64,000 nt of DNA from Vicugna vicugna. Its lineage: Eukaryota. The stretch spans positions 8,060,302 to 8,124,301 of the forward strand of contig MU058065.1 in the NCBI GenBank assembly GCA_013265495.1. Direction: 5' to 3'. Below, in pieces: positions 23,529 to 36,325 of this stretch. The first letter of the stretch is position 1. Every line of letters starts with the position of its first letter. Position numbers and translations under genes: made by a program. The notes beneath the pieces were generated by a model. That model saw only the letters and a list, made by a program, of their open reading frames with translations, was not told the DNA's origin and searched no databases.

Positions 23529-26500
23529 ATGTCAGGGTCAAAGCACCTTTTGGAGTTTGAACTGATGATGTCATTGAGTGTTTAGGTAAAGGGCAGTTTT
23601 AGTTCTCAATGATTCCAAGTTAAAAGGATGGGAGAAAAACTGGAAGTATTAGTTTGGAGAATCATAGTCAGATACCAGAGGAAATAAGTATAATTTAGGA
23701 TCTAATCTAATTTACAGGTACATACCAAAACCTCAAAGAAAATTAACAGCAATAGCACCTAACAGCCACAAAGGTATATTACTAAAGTATCGTTTTTCTC
23801 TCTGAAATCACCTTCATTTCTACCAAATATAGTCAAACTAAGACTAATTTGTTTGCAAAATAAGTATGGTTTCAATAAACGTGGCCTGAGTGTTTACATA
23901 AATGTAACAGGAATAACAATTGATCTTATAGGGGCTTTTAAATTTGCTTTGCTAGAACTTCTTATAAGAATGTCAGATTAAACTTTTAAAGGCCTCTCAA
24001 GACCAGGAAAGCCAAGTCAAAGGACTTCCCATTAGAATTTATCTGCAATACGTATGGATTTGGGTAAATTCCTCTCTTCTTGAAGTCCCCCCAAATCTTG
24101 AGGTTCCTGCACTTGGCAGAAAGTGTCCATCCTTACTCCCTCGTAAGGCTGCTGGGAACCTTGTAAATAAAGTACCAGGCTGTTTTTCCAAGGGTCTTTA
24201 TTGGCTTCGTAAAGTCAATCTTAGTTCTTTAAGGCTGTCCAGTCATATCTGAGTCTTTGCATGTTTCTCTCAAATATAACATTCTAGTCAAAATCTTGGT
24301 AACATAACTAATGTTTCTAATTTTATCTTGTTATAAGGAGAGCAGATTCTCACTGAACTTATGCAAATAACTGTATTGCCATCAAAATAAAAATACTCAC
24401 TATGAGTTTCCAAATTCTGGAGGAATCAGGTAGGGAGAAAAAGATAAATGTTTCAACTTTGTTTACAAAGATGTACTTTATTAAATTGTTGCAAGTCATA
24501 GATAGCTTGGGAGAAAAGGTTTCCTTAAATCTGGAAAAGCAAAACATAGGAGAATCAGCAATGTTTAAAACAAAATGTCATAAAAATTGTAATCATCTTC
24601 ATCCCTTCCTTCAGTCCCATGGAATTAATTCCTGATCTTGCTCTTTTGTTAGTAGTTTTATGAAGCCATCTGTTTTTTCATTAGAGTTCTATAAATTCTT
24701 ACCCAGTTCAATGGTATGATCTCAAAGCTTATCAGAAACCTATACTCTAGAGTATCAGTGTCCTTTCCATGAATCTTCTGAAGATGAAACATATTTGTAA
24801 AAGCATCAGAGTAAAACAATAACTGTCTATACATGCCTGAAGACTTTAAATTGCCCATTATTGAAGATCTGAGAGTTCGTTATAATGGACTTGACGAGGA
24901 AATTTAGGTTTTTTTGTGACACAAAAAAGTTTAAGATAATACTTAGAGCTATGATGATAACATTATATCAGGACATATCAGATTTCCAGAATTTTTCATA
25001 GTTTCTGAAACACTTATATACCTATATAGACACAACATAAAGAAGGTTTAGAATTACTTATTCAACAATGCTTCCCATGTAATAAAACATATTAAATAAG
25101 CCTAGTTATTTTAACATCTCTCTTTTTATAAGGAGGGAAAACAAATCTCTGACATATTTTAGGAGCCCTCTGAAACATTCCATACCTCAAGTTAGTTATA
25201 AATCAAAAGGACTTCATTTAGAATTTGATTGGGGAGTTTGTCAAAAACACCAAACGTTTAAAAAAAAACATTTAGTCAGACAGAATCATAGATCACTGTG
25301 AAACAACGCTTAATTATCCACTTAACCAAAATAACAAAGACTTCATAGGCAAACACAAAAAGTTATTTAGTTATAAAAAGTCTTAGCTATAAAATATAGA
25401 ATCTTTAACTTTCTAGATAGATTACATTAAAGGTAAAGAAAACCTTTGTTTCTAATTTCTCATTAAGACCAGACCAATAATCTAAGAAGAATTTGTTTTG
25501 TTTTGTTTTTAAAGAAGGCTGTATTTTTAACAGAAAGAAAAGCCAAGTTTGATTTTGTACCAGCTTACTTTTGATATTAAAAATTATTTACTTAATTAAA
25601 CTCATTCCAATCTTAGCTAGTCCTGACCACACTTAAAATTCCTTTCCAAAGATTCCTTTTTTTCCCCCACAAACCTTCTACAACTTTCTATATCCATTTT
25701 CGTTTGTCCCTTGTTTTCTTTCCCATTTAGAAATAACCAGATTTAGGACAAACTCACTTTCTTTTCCCTTGCAAACCAATGCATTTTCATTTCTTACACC
25801 TTTTCTTAAAAATTTCTTTGTATCCAAAGATGTTTTCCTTACTAATTTTTTACTTAATTGCATTTATTAATTAGAATTTTTAACCCTTAGAAATCTTAAT
25901 TTCTATTGAAAACTAAGAAGCAATTATGAATTATCTTTTTCCATTAGCATTCTGTAGATTGGCAAACTTACAAATGCCTTTTATAATCTCTAAAAACATG
26001 TGCTTTCTTATAGAAAATTTCTCAACATGGCAACAAACATACTCATTAGTAGTCTCAAATATCTTTAGTCTCTTTGTAAAAGGAAGTCTATGTTCAGTTA
26101 GTAGTGTTCAGGATCTTACTTGGGAACAATCTAGGTATTTAATAAATTTCCATCATTCAACTTAATTCAGCAAAACTCTAAAGTTTCAAGTTACCAAAAA
26201 GATTCGAGGAAACTCTTTTTAAGTAAACATATTATAAAACATAATTATTCTTAAAGAGTTCACCTAAAAACTCTTGTTCTATTTATATTTACCAATGAAA
26301 ATATTATACCAGGTTATTTTTCTTGACGACAAATTCTGTAACAGGATGATAAGAACTTATTTGACTTCTAGTAAAGCTAGGTACAATAAAAGTATTATAC
26401 TTAATGTTGATGACTCTAAAGACATATCTGTATTAATTAAGCTAAAAAACTTAAACTAGCTTTAATACCTAATATTAGTTTAATACCAAATGTTTCCCGG

Positions 26501-26862
26501 ATTATGTGAACCTGAAACTCATTTGTATTAGTTTCTATTGTATTTCTGAGAATTTAAGTGCTCTATTTTCTTTAAGCCAATTAAATAGTGCTCTTTTACA
26601 AATTAATTTTGGCAATACCATCCAAAGATAGAAACATGTTGTATCTATAATGTACATACATAGACATACATACATACGGATAGACACAGAGGTCTCATAG
26701 TTTTCATTTTAAAACTTTAATCATGAATCAGGTACAATATAAAACTCAGTAGTTTATAAGCAACAGTTGGAATAAATTAAGTCTACTCACTCAAATGGCC
26801 TAAGTCTTTTATTATTTGTGGAGAAGATTTTAAAAATCTGTATTTGGCCTTGACAAGCAATT

Positions 26863-27122
26863 TTTTTTATTTTTAGCATATAAACAACAGAAATTTATTT
26901 CTCATGGTTCTGGAGGCTGGAAGTCTGAGATCAAGGTGGTAGGCTAAATGACTTTTTCTGAGTCACAGACAGACTTCATTATATCATCAGCTGGAGAAGG
27001 GGCTAGAGAGCTCTCTGGGGTCTCCCACAAAAGCACATAAATTCCACTCATGATGGCTCTGTCCTCATGACCTAAGCACTTCCCAAAGGCCCTACCTCCT
27101 AAACCATCACATTTGGAGGTTA
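26863..27122 (-). mobile_element. Processed (polyadenylated) MLT1A-type LTR fragment inside the provirus
   Basis: 13-bp TSD TTGACAAGCAATT (26850-26862, 27123-27135); AATAAA at 26894-26899 (minus); A-tail starts ~19 nt downstream. Confidence 0.85.
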
Positions 27123-27499
27123 TTGACAAGCAATTGCAAGGAGACATTTTGGGCAAGAGAGTCCATTTTGCAGTTTGAGTTTTAAAAGGCCTCTTTTCCT
27201 CTTTTTTTTTTTTCTCCAATGAAAAATTGGAGATAGTCTAGATAAGAATTCCTTGAGAAGACCAGGTAGAAACATTCACATCTCAAAGGCACAGGGAGAG
27301 AAATGCAAGTTCCTCCTAGAAGGGCTTTTGTTCCTTTAAGTTCAAAATTTTGAAAAAATGCTTTTACAAAATGGCCATAATAATCATAGACATTTTAAAT
27401 CAGGCCATTGGATGTATTGTTGCCTTCTGCATGGAATCAATTTCATTGTCATTAAAAAGAAAGCTCAGAGAGAGATGGATAGCAAGGAGGAGAGCATTG

Positions 27500-27914
27500 T
27501 GGGACATTCAAAGAGACAGGAAGGAGCAGAGGGAGCTGGAGGGGGAGAGAGAGCTTTCAGAAGCCTCAGGATTTTTCCAATTTGGAAATCCTTTGAGACA
27601 ATTGTGAGTTGGTTTCTCTGAGGGAAGCAATAGTGGATTCATTATTATGTTTTTGGAGACCTCAAAATACCAGTTGAAATATGCTTCTATTCTTGTCTTA
27701 CATTCTGTTTCCAATTGACTGTATGGATAAACTAATTCAGGAATTTCAAAGGAGTCCCAGGTCAGCCAATTTAATTGTGAATCATCCTGGATAACCATAG
27801 TTCAGCAAGACAAATTCTTGCAGGACTAGGGCCCATAGTCCTTGTAACAAACCCGGCAGAAGTTCCAGAAGGAAGCTGCTCTGCACTCTTGCTCTTACAG
27901 CATGAACCTCCCAT
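27500..27914 (-). pseudogene. Decayed gag matrix (MA) remnant
   Basis: ATG 27914: MGGSCCKSKSAEQLPSGTSAGF, frameshift, YKDYGP*SCKNLSC*TMVIQDDSQLNWLTWDSFEIPELVY...EAYFNWYFEVSK. Resembles ERV1 MA (MG myristoylation start, W-x-x-W-x-S-F). Confidence 0.65.
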
Positions 27915-27934
27915 GTTACAAGAAATATTATTCA

Positions 27935-28275
27935 ACAGAACAAAAATGGGAAAGGAAATCTCAGAACCAGAAGCTGGCACCCCAAATAAAACAGGAAGTG
28001 AAATCCTGAAGGCCACTCAAACAAAACAAACAAAATAGGAAATGAAATATCAGAGGCCACTTAAATAAAACAAACAAAACAAGAAGTGAAGTCCCAGAGG
28101 CCACTTAGACACAACAAACAAAACAGAAAATGAGAAGCAAAATACTGATGGACATTCAAGCAAACAGGAAGGAAAACCCCAAAGGCCGCTTAATCAAAAC
28201 AAACAAAACTGGAACCCAATCCAAGAGGTCACATAAACAAAACAAACAAAATGGGAAGTGAAATCCCAAAGGACA
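27935..28275. repeat. ~44-bp tandem array (8 units) in the proviral leader
   Basis: Unit ~AAACAAACAAAACAGGAAGTGAAATCCCAGAGGCCACTTAAACA; unit anchors at 27949, 27994, 28038, 28082, 28126, 28167, 28211, 28254. Confidence 0.9.
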
Positions 28276-28456
28276 GAAGGTGGGAACAGAGTATACCCAA
28301 AAAACTAGAATCTCTTCCAGGGTGGGAGGTTTGGGTACAGGAAGACTCTACTACCACAATCTGGCACCATCAAGGAAATAACAGAGCCCAGTGGACTCTT
28401 TTAGGTACCTTACACAAATCCAAAGTGGTACTGGAGCAGAGGATAGGTTGCTCTAT

Positions 28457-28474
28457 ATCCCACTTTTGACACCA
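28457..28474 (-). promoter_or_regulatory. Primer binding site, tRNA-Leu type
   Basis: TGGTGTCAAAAGTGGGAT, 17/18 to TGGTGTCAGAAGTGGGAT, 5 nt after the 5' LTR. Confidence 0.85.
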
Positions 28475-28479
28475 TGTAA

Positions 28480-28909
28480 TGTCAACCAAAAAATAAGGCA
28501 GAAGGCTGCAAAAAAGAAGAGTTTATTTTGGAGTTTTAAGAATTGCCATTTGTGAGACACAGATTCAGTAATTCCAAGAGTATTCTGGGAAAGAGAAAGA
28601 GTAAGGGCTTATAAAGACAAAAAGCCACAAGTTGCCTGGCATGAAATGATGAGAACTGTGATTGACTCTGACTTGAATCAGAAAACATTTGTTCTTAAGG
28701 AGTCACAAGTTGTTTTGGAGTAATGGTTCAATAAGTAGATAAGACTATTATGAGTTTCTGGCAGCTGTGCTGGATGACTTCATCAGATCAAAAGGTCAGA
28801 TTCCATCCAGGCTGAGATGTGCAAAAGTCACACTTCCTTAATGGTCTCTCGGCTCCATTTCAGAGAGCTCTCTTAGCAATACCAACTCCATTTTGATTTT
28901 CCTTTCACA
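28480..28909 (-). mobile_element. 5' LTR of the provirus
   Basis: Homologous to 22603-23060; AATAAA at 28522-28527 (minus); followed by the PBS. Confidence 0.92.
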
Positions 28910-30119
28910 TCTGCAAGCTGAAGTCAAGCCCCAAGTCTCAATTAGGTCATCCTTCTGCAGTTCTTGATCTCACTCTCATGGATGATCCATGAGTGAGTGG
29001 TTACTGCTTGCTGCTAAGGCAGCAGATAAGAGCACATCTGTGAGCATCTTCAAGCTAGGAATCAAAAAGAAGTGCTTCAGTTGGGAAGTGGAGGATATGG
29101 TTCCTGTCTTGCATCTGGGTCCCCAATGTCTATTCATTTTTTTTGACCAACATCTACTTATGAGACAGGCACTGTCCATGATAATGGAGTGTATGTCAGT
29201 AAGTTAAACAGACACATTCCACATTCTCAAGGTGCTTATAATTCTAATTGGTTGGGGGATGTAAAATGTAATAAGATACAAGATGTAAATGACAAATGCA
29301 AGAAAAGACTAGCAGAGAAAGGACAGGGAAGCTTACAATGAATAGGAAATGGATAATCTATGTGATATCTATAGTAGGTATATAGTTGCCCAGCCTGGAG
29401 CTAGGTGCTTGGGGACAGCAGAACAGAACTGGACACATGACCCTTCTCCAGGAAATCATGGTGCTGTTTACAAGAGTTGGTCATGCAGATTTGTCCACTC
29501 TTCTTGACTTTTTATAATCCCATGAGGAAGCCATTGGAGGAAGATGGCAGACTTAGTTGCCCAGAGCTTTTGGGTTTGCACCAAGCTTCCAGCTCTGTGA
29601 GTCCTGGGGCCTCAGTTCCCCATAGTGTAGTGAGGGTCTGGCCTTGATGGTCTCTGCCTCTGCTCTGTGATTCCTTCTGTCCTGTAGTATTGGTTACTTC
29701 TGTGTATCATGTCTGCTCCCTGCTGATCTCTGACAGCCCCCTGAGAAGTGACAGGAGTTCAGTCCAATCATTTGTAAACCTGGAGCACCAAGCTCAAAGC
29801 TGTGAACAAATGATTCTCACATTTACTGTGAACCTGAGCAGGAGGAGAAAATCAAAACATGCGTCTGGAGTTGGGCTGCCAGGGTGGAATCCTGGCTCTG
29901 CTGATGGCAGCTTGAGCAAAGGTGCACAAACTGTCAGTGTGTCCGTTTCTTCGTTTGTAAATGGAAATAATAATCGTACCCCATAGATTTATAAGGCTGA
30001 GTAAGACAGTGCCTGTGAAATGCTTGGAACGATGCCTGTTAACGATCATTATTTATTAGCACCCTTCACGGAATTAGAAATGGATAATAAATTCACTCCC
30101 AACTGCCTATCTTCAGGTC

Positions 30120-30403
30120 ATTGCTTTTCAATCTATGGGTTATGAACCACTAGTGGGTTGTGAAACCACTTTAATAGATATAATATTATACATTTAAAAT
30201 GAATATTTATTATAATTACACAACCAAAGACAGGAAGAGAGGAGGAAAATCATAGAAAACACTAGTGTATCACATGTAGGAAGGGTAAGGATTGTTCTGA
30301 GAAACTAGGGTTTCAGCAGTGTGTGTGTATGTGTGTATACTACGTTGCAAAGTAAAATGTATTTCTTGTTGTGAGCCATGGTCTAAAAAAGTAGAAATCA
30401 CTG
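30120..30403. mobile_element. hAT-Charlie MITE remnant
   Basis: TIR-like ends cattgcttttcaa / agaaatcactg. Confidence 0.5.
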
Positions 30404-31029
30404 TTTTAGGTTAAATCACCACTCCTCGTAATTCTACCCTTTCCTCTTTTTAACACTCTTGTTCCTTCCAATCCCTAAACAAACACCACTTTTTCTCTTC
30501 CTCACACACTCCCGTTCCTTCCTCCTTGCAATCCCAGAGACCTGCCCTTTCTCTGCCTCCCTGATCCTTGGGTGGCCCCATTCCTCTTCTCCCTTCCCCT
30601 TTCCACTGTAGGACACCGAAAGGTGCTTTGGGTGCCAGACACGTGGAAGAGAGTGGTGTTCCAGAAGGAGAGGAGGGGGCAGCAGGGGGAGGTTTGGCTT
30701 TTTATAATCAGAGCACGGAGAGGAAACTGCAGGAAGCAGGCTTTTGGCTCAGTGATGGAGGGGAGTAAAGGTCAGGGTCTGGGGTCACTTCTGAGGGAAA
30801 GACATTCCTGAGGAGGGAGTGGGTTTAACCTGGAGGGAAGACAGAGAGGGAAGAAAGAACCTGAACGAATACCTGGAAACATTCAGGAGTCAAAGAGGGA
30901 CTCTGCCAAGGCCAGCCAGGAAGAGAAGTGACCTGTGGGGAAGATAGAGGGAAGACTGTCTAGGTGTGGTGGAGGCTCCGCAGAAAGCGGTTTCCTGGAG
31001 ACTGGAGACCACCTCTGGCCTTGCGGGGT

Positions 31030-31132
31030 CCTCCTCCTCCTCTTCCTCCCCCACCTCCTCTCCCTGTTTCTTCTCCTCCCCACCCCCCTCCTCACATCTT
31101 CCTCCTCCTCCTCCTCCTCCTCCTCCTCCTCC
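31030..31132. repeat. Pyrimidine-rich tract ending in (CCT)10
   Basis: Perfect CCT run at 31101-31132. Confidence 0.95.
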
Positions 31133-31779
31133 AAGTGAAGTAAATAACCCAGGTTGCTCAGGGTTAAGCCGGTTCTTCACTGCAAGTCATCATTACTTTA
31201 GCCAGTGGCCCCTGGGGCTTTACTCATTCCAGCTTTAGTGCTGAGGAATGACTACTTTGCATGATAAAGCCTGAGGTCCAGGCTGGGCCCCTGCAGATGT
31301 TCAGGGTCCTCTTTAGCACAGCCCCCTCCCCTATCCCTTTTCTCCACCTAGTGTATCTGTCAAGTTGAAAGCAGAGAAAATTAACAGACCTTTACTCCCA
31401 GCTTGCCAGCTCTCTCCTCACACCCAAACTCCAAGGCAAAGGGAAACAGTCTGTATCATGCAGCGTCTCATCCTTGAAAGCATCTTAATGGCTTAACATT
31501 GGAGTCCTGGGCTGGACTGGCAGGACAACCGGCTCTAGGAGGTGCTAATTTCATCAGCTGATCACTTTGTCTCTGTTCCTTCAAGAGAAGAGCAGGTCAG
31601 GGGGTCCTATCACCTTGCACTCCGTTTGGACTTGGTCCTGACGGGCACCCAGGCCACCTCCCCTCCGGGGGTTCTGCTTCCTCATCTGTGCAAGGTGAGG
31701 TTCCTACTGAATGACATGTGGGATGGGATGGGGCAGATGGGAGAACCCTCGCTCTATCTCCAAGGGCAGCTACTACCCT

Positions 31780-32120
31780 ACTCTGCTACTCTACGGCCAA
31801 CAGAGAAGCTGGAAATCTGAGCTTTTATGTGAAATATCCCAAATTTTAAACATAGACACCTAATTTCAAATTTTTCAACCATTGTTGCAGGCCAAGCATA
31901 AACATCTGTGAGCCTGACTCAGCCTGTTATCTGCCTCATCCACACTGGAGCTTGCATCAGAATCACCCAAAGGGCTTGTTAAAACATGGATTGTCCAGCC
32001 CCGCCCAGAGTTTCCAGTTCCATGAGTCTGGGCTGGGGCTTGAAGAATCACATTTCTAACAAGCTCCCAGGTGACGCTGATGCAGCTGATCCAGGGAACG
32101 TACTTTGAGAACCACGGCTC
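31780..32120. mobile_element. Adjacent MER102-like (~31780-31925) and MER5A-like (~31950-32120) hAT MITEs
   Basis: agagaagctggaaatctg...ttatgtgaaat motif, then gcatcagaatcacc...tttctaacaagctcccaggtga...ctttgagaacca. Confidence 0.7.
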
Positions 32121-32539
32121 TACAGTACAGGAACGGACCACCAGCCCATGTAATTCTTTACACGATGCCAAAGCAGCTTCTCCTGAGGCATTGTCAGTAA
32201 TCGAGGTCCCCGATTTGACGAGTAGAGTGAGGATGATCATGATGATCATGATGGTGATGGAGACAGCAGCTAACTTCTCAAAATGCATCCTACGAATGCT
32301 GAGTACCTTACATACATCATGGACTTTAGTCTTAACAAAAGCCCCAGAGGTCAGCATTTAAAATAATCCCTAATAACAGGTGAAAGTAGCTAATAGGTGG
32401 TGGATTTGAAACCAGGCAGTGCGACACCAGAGACCACCTTCCCTCTAAGAGGATTCACAGCCTTCTTACACATTCCATCGCATATTCAGTCATACATTTT
32501 ACAGGAAGGTCTCCATAAGTCAAAGTGAATTGTGTGTTA

Positions 32540-33050
32540 GTTAATCATTCATTCACTCAATGCATGTTTGAGCTTAAACTGTAACTGCAAGTCATGCTGT
32601 ACAAAGTGAACGTAGCAGGCAAGGTAAGAAGATAGGGAGTGATGGGGTGAGGAGGGCAGGTCTATTTTAAGATAAAGCATTCAGGGAAGGCTTCTTCAAG
32701 GAGGTGACATTTGAACAGAGGCCAAATGAGAGATAGAAGTAAGGAAATGAGGGAGCGGGAGCAACAGTTACAAGGGCTCTGGGTGGAAACAAGGGTGTCA
32801 GCAAGAAGACCAATGTGGCTGAGAGGGGTGAGCAGAGAAGAGGCTGGAGAACTGGGCAGATGTCCTAAGCGCCAGATGGAGGAGTCTGCCTTTTATTGCA
32901 AGTGTTATGGGGAGCCATGGAGGCGGCAGGGGAGGGGGGTGTTGAACCAGAGTGACCAACTCTGATTGGGTTTGGACCAGGATCCCTCTGGTTGCAGAGT
33001 GAAGACCAGACGGCAGGGAGGCAAGAGTGGGGAAAATGGAGCTGATGTCT
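32540..33050 (-). mobile_element. L2 fragment
   Basis: tcattcattcactcaa tail and cagggaaggcttcttcaaggaggtgacatttgaacagag motif. Confidence 0.65.
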
Positions 33051-34744
33051 CAATGACAAGATGCTCAGAGATGCCTGAGAGGTGAGCAGCAGCAGCCCGT
33101 CTCATCCTCGACGGACATGGGAGAGAAACAGTGAAGGAAGGAAGAGGAGGGGGGAAAGAGATGGATACCAGGCACAAAATTTAAACTATCTGATAAGTCA
33201 CTCCAAGGGGAGTTCTGCCTCTCTGATGGGGACCCAGGAAGAAGAGTGGTGGGGCCACTTCTAAGGACACCAGCAACCCAGGTTTCCTGACTCCCAGTCT
33301 CAGCACCCAGTGCCCAACCTTGCTGAGGGGGAGAGGGGGTCTGCGTGTGGTTTGGATCTGCAGAAAGAGGGTTCTAACTCTCAGACTCGTCTCCTCTTAA
33401 GCAGACTTATAGTACTCAAAATGTCCTGTTATGGGAGATGGAAATATTTGAAAACTGGATTGTGGTGATAGTTGCACAACTGCATAAATTTACTAAAAGT
33501 CACGGAGTTTACTAGAGGGTGAACATAATGGTACTTAAATCCTACTTGCTTAAAAAGGAAAAAAACATTTGCCCACAAAGGAATCAGTCTTTGAACCCTG
33601 AACTTTTGAGACTTCTAACACTAAATAACCTACAGAACTTTAAAAACGCACCTGGTAATATCCACTGAATGGGACAGCAATCATGGCGATTCCTTACTTT
33701 GGAAGAACACTTGAAAACACAGATATAAAACTATGTATGTAATTTCAATTTTACTCTATGTACTTGTGTGTATGGGGGCGGGGAACCCAGACATTAGTTC
33801 TGGGTGCTGGGATTGTTTTATTTCTGGTTTTTTGTTCCCAGCTTTTGATTTTCCACATTACCTACAATGAATACCGATAGAAAAGATGCCCTATTAAACA
33901 GGTGAGTACAAATAAAGCCCATATAAAATTGAGTTAAGAGAAAAAATGGCCAGGTCACGGGCACTTATTTTCACACACATTGTCTGTACGTAAGATCACC
34001 AGAGCAGAGACAAAGCAAAAAGGAGAAGTAGAAGGAAACAAGGGAAAAATTCAATCATGGACTCACAGTCAGTTTCAACATTTTTCTCTCTGCTTATCTG
34101 TGCTGTCTCATTTTTCCACCATGAACATGTGTATTTGCTAATGAAAAGGAGGCATCAAATCTTCTAAGTCACTGGCACTATAATGTTACAGATTACTTTC
34201 TGCTTTTTCATAGACGATTTCATCCCTGTTTTTCCACTGTGAAGATTTAATTAAGTCCAAAAATTTCACAACTATTTACGGAACGCTCATTCTGTGCCAA
34301 GCACTGTCCTAGGCACGGCAGGAAGTGGAAAGATTATCGAGGAACAATCAGGTCTCTTGCTAAGGAGTTCATCAGACTAGTCAGGGAGACAGATACGGAT
34401 ACAAAGAACTGATACTGCTGCTTGGCGTGGTCACCGGTGCAGAGATGGAAATATTAAGGACAAGGAGAGTTCAGTTAATTAGTCAGCAAAAATGCTTTTT
34501 TTTTTCAAAGGGAAATTTTATTATTATTGCATACACTTCTGGCAAAATGATCCCTCTTGCCTAACTAGCTTGCCTGAGCTATGTGAGTAGGTGGGACTTT
34601 TCTGTAAGTAGCTAACAGTGATTGGGCATCTGCTGTGTGCAGGGCACCATGCTTCATCCTCACCACTGCCTGAGGCACAGTGCGAGGGGACAGAAAGAAT
34701 AGTCGAAGGGACAGAAAGAATAGTCTAGTTGACAGAAAACCAGG

Positions 34745-34975
34745 CTCTATAGTTAGGCTGCCGGGATTCCAATCCTGCTCCTTCTACTCCATAGTTACAT
34801 AAGTTACATAACCTCCAGCAAGTTTCTTAACCGCTCTGTGCCTCAGTTTTTTCCTCCATAAAATGGGCATAATAACAGTACGTGTCTCACAGAGTCTGTG
34901 ACAAGCACGGAGCACATCATCACACACTCAGAAAAGTATCCAACACACAGAACATACCCTAGGATTTTATTACTT
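34745..34975 (+). mobile_element. MIR SINE
   Basis: Core cttaaccgctctgtgcctcagtttt...taaaatgggcataataacagta. Confidence 0.75.
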
Positions 34976-36325
34976 TATGTTTATGTTCCACCAAGTAAAT
35001 ATTCATACGACTTGGTATGATCTTTTCCATGCACTGCTTCACATTTTTTCTCCCTAAAGACCCAACGGATGACAATGACTCAGCAAACATTTTTGATCAC
35101 CTACTGTGTACCCAGTGCTGTCTGCTGTGCAGGGAAAGCACAGAGGAACAGACGTGACCCCACCCTGAGGCGGCTCACCGGTTAGTGCGAAGGAGAGACA
35201 CTAACACAAATAACACAACAGGGCTGGTCGTTGGTAACAGTGGTTGTCTCAAATGTTCTAAAGTCCCAGAAAACATTTCTCTCTCTCTCTCTAATAGCTA
35301 AAATGTGGTTCCCATTATCATGTTTATAGTATTTGCTTGTGAAGGAAAGAAGGAAACGAATGTTCCTTGGGTGTCCAGTGTGCGCCAGACACAGTGGGAC
35401 TGTCTGTGACAGCGGGAGGCTCACCGTGTACCAGACACCGTGCAGAGTGCCACATATGCGTGCTCTCCCTTAATCCTATGAAGCGAGGATGATCATCATA
35501 CTCGTTTTACACTTAGGGAAAGCAAGCTCTTTAGCTCAGAGGTCAAGTAACTCCCCCCAGGTTATACCGCCAAGAAATGGCAGAGTCAGAATTCAGAATC
35601 AGGCCGATTCTCTCAACACCATGCTGTGTCTCCTCCAAATGTGACATTCTACACGTCATCCAATCTAATTCCCACAGTAACTCTTTGGGGGAGATGCTGT
35701 TATGCCCACTTTTATATGCGAGGAAACTGATGTTCCAAAAATTAAACGCTTTGCCCAAGGTGAAAGAGTTGGTAAGTGACAGACCCAGGTACGTCCAAAG
35801 CTGTGGTCTTTTCCTAATTACTGTGTGGTCTCCCGTTTCCTCTTGTGTGGATTAAAGTTAAATTTTCATCCAGGCCTGCAAGGCAGCAGCCACTAAGATG
35901 TAGGAGACATGACTTCTCATCCTGACTGCCACTTACCAGCACCGTGACCTGGGTAAATTACCTTCCATCTTGAGGCTTTCATGCCCTCATCTGTCAAAAG
36001 ATAACATAGGGTTCATACTTCCCAGGAGTCCCCAGAGGAATGTCATAGAAAATAGGCTGAGACCAGACTCTGCTGAAACAAATAAGATAGGAGACTGGGG
36101 TGAGGCCCAAGGAATGAAGAGGCAAGAGGCTCGGAAGATAAACACCTGTGCACTGTCTCCAGCTGCCACCTGCCAGAGAGGAAGATGTGGCATAGCAAGT
36201 AGATGACTTCCTCGGGACTGACAGATGCTGTGTTTCATTTTTGTCAACATCAGCAAACACACATGTATGTCGTACATCAGGCTTTAGGGTTGTGCACAGT
36301 CCCTGCCTCACTGGAGAGACAGGCA

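Larger units (their letters stand above)
22603..28909 (-). mobile_element. Non-autonomous ERV1-class (MER4-group-like) provirus with two LTRs
   Basis: Direct-repeat LTRs with TG...CA ends; TSD TCTG at 22599-22602 and 28910-28913; PBS; PPT; gag and env remnants. Confidence 0.9.

Noticed and set aside
27935..28275. Periodic array as a CRISPR-like locus
   Set aside because: Whole units are homologous with no unique spacers, there are no cas genes, and the context is a mammalian ERV leader.
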